A stretch of DNA of 61,052 nucleotides from a virus (taxonomy: Duplodnaviria > Caudoviricetes). Below are positions 57,149-61,052 of the stretch, one piece after another (the stretch's first letter is position 1; each line of letters opens with the position of its first letter). Under the pieces are notes generated by a model. It was given only the letters and a program-made list of their open reading frames with translations. It searched no databases and was not told where the DNA came from. Position numbers and translations under genes: made by a program. Where the stretch lies: the IMG/VR virus record IMGVR_UViG_3300046780_000585, positions 1 to 61,052 of that record; one strand, 5' to 3'.

Positions 57149-57468
57149 GCCTCACCTACACGGCGCCGCCGCTGCCGCTACCTCGTGAGTTGATGCTTGA
57201 GGCGATAAGAGTGCTCGATCAAGCCCGGCTCGAAGTAAGACAGCATGGAAGGCTCAGCCGAGCAACTCGAACCAACTTCGACGAAATGCTGACGTGCTTG
57301 ACCTGCGTCCGGCGATCAATGGGAGGGAATGCCTTCGGCATGGCTGTGTTGGTCGAAACAAAGGCTATAGCGGAGCCCTACCGGACTTCCGAGATCGCCG
57401 TCAACAACATCGTCAGAATGGTGCTCGAACTCGTCGAACACTGCATCGGCGAAGAAAACACGCCATGA
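57145..57468 (+). CDS. Hypothetical protein starting with the TerL N-terminal peptide
   Basis: Starts MSLTYTAPP; ATGA-coupled at both ends. Confidence 0.6.
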   Translation: MSLTYTAPPLPLPRELMLEAIRVLDQARLEVRQHGRLSRATRTNFDEMLTCLTCVRRSMGGNAFGMAVLVETKAIAEPYRTSEIAVNNIVRMVLELVEHCIGEENTP

Positions 57469-57584
57469 GCCTCACTTACACGGCGCCGCCGACGCTGTCC
57501 CGCTTCATGAAGTCGGAGGTAGACGCTCGCCAGCATTTCTGGCTGCAAAACTTTGCTTCTCCAACAAGGGAGGGCCGAACATAG
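57465..57584 (+). pseudogene. Orphaned TerL N-terminal fragment
   Basis: MSLTYTAPPTLSRFMKS versus TerL MSIEYTAPPTLSKFMRS. Confidence 0.75.
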
Positions 57585-58273
57585 CGCAACTGGCCGCAAA
57601 AAGCGCAGGAAATCTCCTTGCCGGCTCGTGGAACAGGAGCGCGCGTGATACCCTGCCGCCGTGCTGTATCCCGGCACGCAAGGCTGCAAAATTTTGCAGT
57701 ATTAGCGGCATGTGGAGACACATATCGTGCAACACCGCAAATAATGCACGTAATGTTCTTGCCGGAGCGAACGTATGGCCTAAGCAGCACGTTCCGATAG
57801 TTCGGATGCTCGTTTCCATGACAGGTCATGCAAAGAACTTCGAGATTAGAAGGATCTGCTCTACGCTCCGGTGCAACGGCATAATGTTCGACATGATGTG
57901 CATGTAAATTTTCAAGCGCACCGCACCGTTCACACTTGCCAACTTCACGTACTTTGCGGCGCGCCACACTTTTCACAGCAGAGCTACGCTTGGAAATTCC
58001 ACCTTTCCAACGAAAATGGTTTTCGCCTCTTGGCGGCGCGCTTGCCCTCGTGCATTCAACCGAACAATAGCGCACGTTGTCTCTACTCTTTCTCCCCCGT
58101 TGAAATGACTGTCCGCAATGTCGGCAAACATGATTTATTTTTGGCCACCTGATATCGGCAGCACATCGTTTGGAGCAATAATGCGTCTTTGCTTGCCTGA
58201 TGTTACTATTCTGCCGAACGAACGGCTTATGACAACCAGGGCAAACCAATGTCGTTCGTTTCAGAATGCGCAT
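57476..58273 (-). CDS. HNH endonuclease with Zn-finger repeats, antisense to terL
   Basis: WKGG, CERCG..HAHH..NLEVLCMTCHGNEH; paralog of 55522-56301. Confidence 0.88.
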   Translation of the reverse strand: MRILKRTTLVCPGCHKPFVRQNSNIRQAKTHYCSKRCAADIRWPKINHVCRHCGQSFQRGRKSRDNVRYCSVECTRASAPPRGENHFRWKGGISKRSSAVKSVARRKVREVGKCERCGALENLHAHHVEHYAVAPERRADPSNLEVLCMTCHGNEHPNYRNVLLRPYVRSGKNITCIICGVARYVSPHAANTAKFCSLACRDTARRQGITRAPVPRAGKEISCAFCGQLRYVRPSLVGEAKFCSQKCWRASTSDFMKRDSVGGAV

Positions 58274-58302
58274 ACTCACTCTAATGTCAAATGCAGCATA
58301 GC

Positions 58303-59760
58303 ATGTCAATAGAATATACGGCTCCTCCAACACTATCTAAGTTTATGAGGTCAAACGCCTTTTTCCGACTTGCGGCTGGGCCGGTCGGCAGTGGAAAGAC
58401 GACCGCATGCATCATTGAACTCCTACGCCGGTGCATGACACAGGCGAAAGCGCCAGACGGCATCCGCTATACACGGGTCGCCATAGTGAGACAGACGCTC
58501 CGTCAGTTGCGGGACACAGTCTTACGCGACGCGCAAATGTGGCTCGCTGGCCTTGGGGAATGGAAGGTCAGTGAAAATACGTTTTATCTTGATTTCAGCG
58601 ACGTGCGAAGCGAGTGGGTCTTCATCCCGCTAGAAGACGCCGCAGATCAAGCACGGCTGCTCAGCATGCAACTCTCCATGTGTTGGATCAGCGAGGCTAT
58701 CGAGTGCAATTTTGATATCGTAGCCCCCATTTCCGGGCGCATCGGGCGCTATCCTTCCGGCAATCGCGGCACTCCGAGCTTCTATGGAATAATCGCGGAC
58801 ACCAACATGCCGCAGCTTCTGACTGATTGGCACAAGCTGATGGTTGATCCGCCGGCAGACTTCCAGATTTTCCAGCAGCCGTCGGGGATGGCGGACAATG
58901 CGGAAAACCTCAACTACTTGGTGCAAAACGTCACGACCAGCAAACTGCCGATCAATCATCCCGATCGCATTGCGGAGGGGCGCAAATACTACGAAAGGTT
59001 CGTGCAGTTATATGGCAGCTCGCATGCTTGGGTTAAGCGGTATGTTTTTGCAGAGTTCGGAGATGACCCCAGCGGGGAGGCGGTCTTCAAGGAAACATTC
59101 AAGCCCTCGTTCCACGTGGTGGACGATACATTTTGCATACCAGGTTACAGCCTCCTCGTAGGAATCGACTTCGGACGCAATCCTTGGAGCCTGGTCTGCC
59201 AGGTCGATCATCAGGGGCGGCTGCTGGTTCACGAGGAGATTCCGGCAGTCAACATCGGCCTGGAAAAACAGGTCGAGGAAAGAATACGGCCACGACTGTT
59301 CAGCAACAAGTTCGCCGGCGCGAAGGTGATGATTGTTGGCGATCCGGCGGGTGTGGCCAAGGGAACCATTGCGGAAGAAACCAGCTTTGATGCCTTGAAG
59401 CGCATGGGTTTGCCGGCTTTTCCGGCTCCCACCAATGACATTGACGCCCGGTTGCGCGCTGTGGAGACCATGCTTGGGCGGCAAACCAATGGCGGCCCAT
59501 CGCTGGTGATCAACGGGCGCGGATGCCCTATGCTGGTCCGCGCCATGAGCGGCGGCTATCGTTTCAAGCGCCACAAGGAAGGGAGCCTGCGGGCAATCCC
59601 GGAGAAGTTCGACGCCGAGGGCTACTCGCACGTGGTCGATTGCTTGCAATATGTGTGTTTGGTGGCCCAGAATAGAAACCTTGTGCAAGAATATGCCCGC
59701 CGATTGGTGCCGCGGAAGCGGCCAGTTGAGCGGCACGTCACGGCGGCGGGATGGACCTGA
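58303..59760 (+). CDS. terL: Terminase large subunit
   Basis: GPVGSGKT, WISE, DTN, GIDFG, GDPAG, SHVVDCLQY. Confidence 0.93.
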   Translation: MSIEYTAPPTLSKFMRSNAFFRLAAGPVGSGKTTACIIELLRRCMTQAKAPDGIRYTRVAIVRQTLRQLRDTVLRDAQMWLAGLGEWKVSENTFYLDFSDVRSEWVFIPLEDAADQARLLSMQLSMCWISEAIECNFDIVAPISGRIGRYPSGNRGTPSFYGIIADTNMPQLLTDWHKLMVDPPADFQIFQQPSGMADNAENLNYLVQNVTTSKLPINHPDRIAEGRKYYERFVQLYGSSHAWVKRYVFAEFGDDPSGEAVFKETFKPSFHVVDDTFCIPGYSLLVGIDFGRNPWSLVCQVDHQGRLLVHEEIPAVNIGLEKQVEERIRPRLFSNKFAGAKVMIVGDPAGVAKGTIAEETSFDALKRMGLPAFPAPTNDIDARLRAVETMLGRQTNGGPSLVINGRGCPMLVRAMSGGYRFKRHKEGSLRAIPEKFDAEGYSHVVDCLQYVCLVAQNRNLVQEYARRLVPRKRPVERHVTAAGWT

Positions 59761-59763
59761 GCC

Positions 59764-60534
59764 ATGAGCGATGCGCAGCAAGGCGACGACCTGGTCCCGA
59801 ACTTTCCGCTGTCCTGGCTGGAGCGGCTCGATTCCGAGAAGGTGCGGCTGGAGAACCGCAACGCCGACGTTTGGGTGCCGATCCTCGAGCGGGCCAAGGG
59901 CGTGGTCGATCATGACGGGATCGAGCGGGTCGCGGCGCAGTCGCTGCTCGACATCCTCAAGGTGCCGATGGGCAAGCGCAAGAACGAGCACTACCAGCGG
60001 CTGACCAAGGTCATGATCGATCTCGGGTGGTCGTCGCACCGCATCCACGGCATAACGGCGGGCGGCTACCGCGAGCAGGTGCATGGCTTCTGCCGCGACG
60101 CCCGGCACAAGAAGCCGCCGACCGCCGACGAGAAAAGACGGGCCGAGCTGGGGGTGCGGCAAGTGCGGCGGCCTAAAATCGGCTGGCCGGCATTCAAGCG
60201 GCAAGTCGTGGAACTGGTGCGCTGCGGGAAGCATCCGGCCGAGCTTGCGGATCAATTCGGGATACCGAAACAGACGATCCGCAATTGGGTCGACCGGCAT
60301 AACGAGCTCAACCCCGAGGCGCCGGTGGTCATGCCGCAACACAAGCGAGGCCTGCCGCCGCGTAATCCCAATCCGCTCGACATCCCGGTCACCCCGGCAT
60401 CCCCGGCAGCCATAGCGCCAGCCGAGAAGCCGAGGCCGCAACCGCCACCCGAGCCAGCCGCGAAGCCATCCAAGGCGGCTGCTGCGCCGTTCGAGCTGCC
60501 GGACATTCCGGCATTCCTGCGCCGGGAGAAGTAA
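59764..60534 (+). CDS. DNA-binding protein with IS3-OrfA-like HTH
   Basis: FKRQVVELVRCGKHPAELADQFGIPKQTIRNWV; ends DIPAFLRR. Confidence 0.65.
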   Translation: MSDAQQGDDLVPNFPLSWLERLDSEKVRLENRNADVWVPILERAKGVVDHDGIERVAAQSLLDILKVPMGKRKNEHYQRLTKVMIDLGWSSHRIHGITAGGYREQVHGFCRDARHKKPPTADEKRRAELGVRQVRRPKIGWPAFKRQVVELVRCGKHPAELADQFGIPKQTIRNWVDRHNELNPEAPVVMPQHKRGLPPRNPNPLDIPVTPASPAAIAPAEKPRPQPPPEPAAKPSKAAAAPFELPDIPAFLRREK

Positions 60535-60567
60535 GTCCAGCGCGAGCGGATCACGTCCTTGTCGGCC

Positions 60568-60650
60568 CGCAGCCGTTCGATCTCGGCCTCGCGGTTGCCG
60601 ATCAGCGCGTGCAACAGCGCGTTGGCCTTCATCAGGTCATCGCGTTCGGC
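60568..60650. repeat. 83-bp direct repeat of 360-442
   Basis: One mismatch; encodes AERDDLMKANALLHALIGNREAEIERLR on the minus strand. Confidence 0.85.
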
Positions 60651-60661
60651 ACGTAACGGCT

Positions 60662-60743
60662 CAATGAGGCTGTCGTAGTAGCTCATGGGGATTTCTGCTC
60701 AACCAATGAGGCTGTCGTAGTAGCTCATGGGGATTTCTGCTCA
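60662..60743. repeat. 42-bp tandem duplication
   Basis: CAATGAGGCTGTCGTAGTAGCTCATGGGGATTTCTGCTCAA occurs twice. Confidence 0.9.
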
Positions 60744-61052
60744 AGGGCGGCTTCTGCGTTCCGCAATACGCACTTGTCGGTATTACAGAACCCCCTATCT
60801 TCGGTGCAGGTTGGGCAATGTCCGTCAGTTACGAAGTCCTTAAGCGCCGCCCGCAGACGTTCGTTTTCCTCATAAAGACTGAACGCCCCATCCTCATTTC
60901 GTGATCTGTGGTCATCTCTCCCACTCACCTCCTGGCCGAGAGCGGCATCTATTATTTTGTCGAGAGCGTGCGGCCTGCCATATACGGACCTTCCTTCAAC
61001 ATACGGCCGCAGCCAATGGAGCGCGGCTCGCAGCCGTTCGATTTCGGCCGCC
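60725..61052 (-). CDS. EIERLR-family protein that starts at base 74 and crosses the circular junction
   Basis: ATG 74 with GGAG SD: MQWGEPW..DEWRLW|AAEIERLRAAL..CPTC..C..C..EQKSP*. Confidence 0.6.
   Translation of the reverse strand, partial: AAEIERLRAALHWLRPYVEGRSVYGRPHALDKIIDAALGQEVSGRDDHRSRNEDGAFSLYEENERLRAALKDFVTDGHCPTCTEDRGFCNTDKCVLRNAEAALEQKSP

Noticed and set aside
60170-60310. IS3 element
   Set aside because: Only an OrfA-like HTH inside a longer ORF; no DDE domain or terminal repeats seen.
60252-60534. C-terminal part of minus-strand ORF 60252..60686 as real coding sequence
   Set aside because: It is antisense read-through into the convergent gene; only the first ~48 codons resemble the EIERLR family.

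Overview
This looks like a complete, circularly closed ~61 kb temperate tailed-phage genome. Joining base 1 to base 61052 restores an open reading frame. It is GC-rich and podovirus-like, and the host is probably an alphaproteobacterium (inferred). Modules in order: a leftward early region (ArdC, small ORFs, three hammerhead ribozymes); a non-coding ori-like region; a RepA-type helicase and VRR-NUC; a repressor/Cro switch with four operators; YqaJ/RecT; a PEP-CTERM-like protein; a tyrosine integrase with a perfect parS site beside it; a long leftward virion operon (ejection proteins, collagen-like fibres, capsid, scaffold, lysis, glycosyltransferases, portal); and divergent terminase genes. 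The main result is that the major capsid protein gene, which the ORF track shows only as fragments, is split into six exons by five group I-type introns. Removing them by the U|...G rule gives a continuous 335-aa capsid protein. Intron 1 is only 33 nt and has P1, P10 and the terminal G but no catalytic core. Intron 2 is a 150-nt minimal ribozyme. Intron 3 carries a LAGLIDADG gene whose only ATG lies in intron 2, and its G-binding pair is broken. Introns 4 and 5 are near-identical. This suggests shared-core or trans-assisted group I splicing (inference, not tested). All protein family calls are motif recognition by eye, with no database search.
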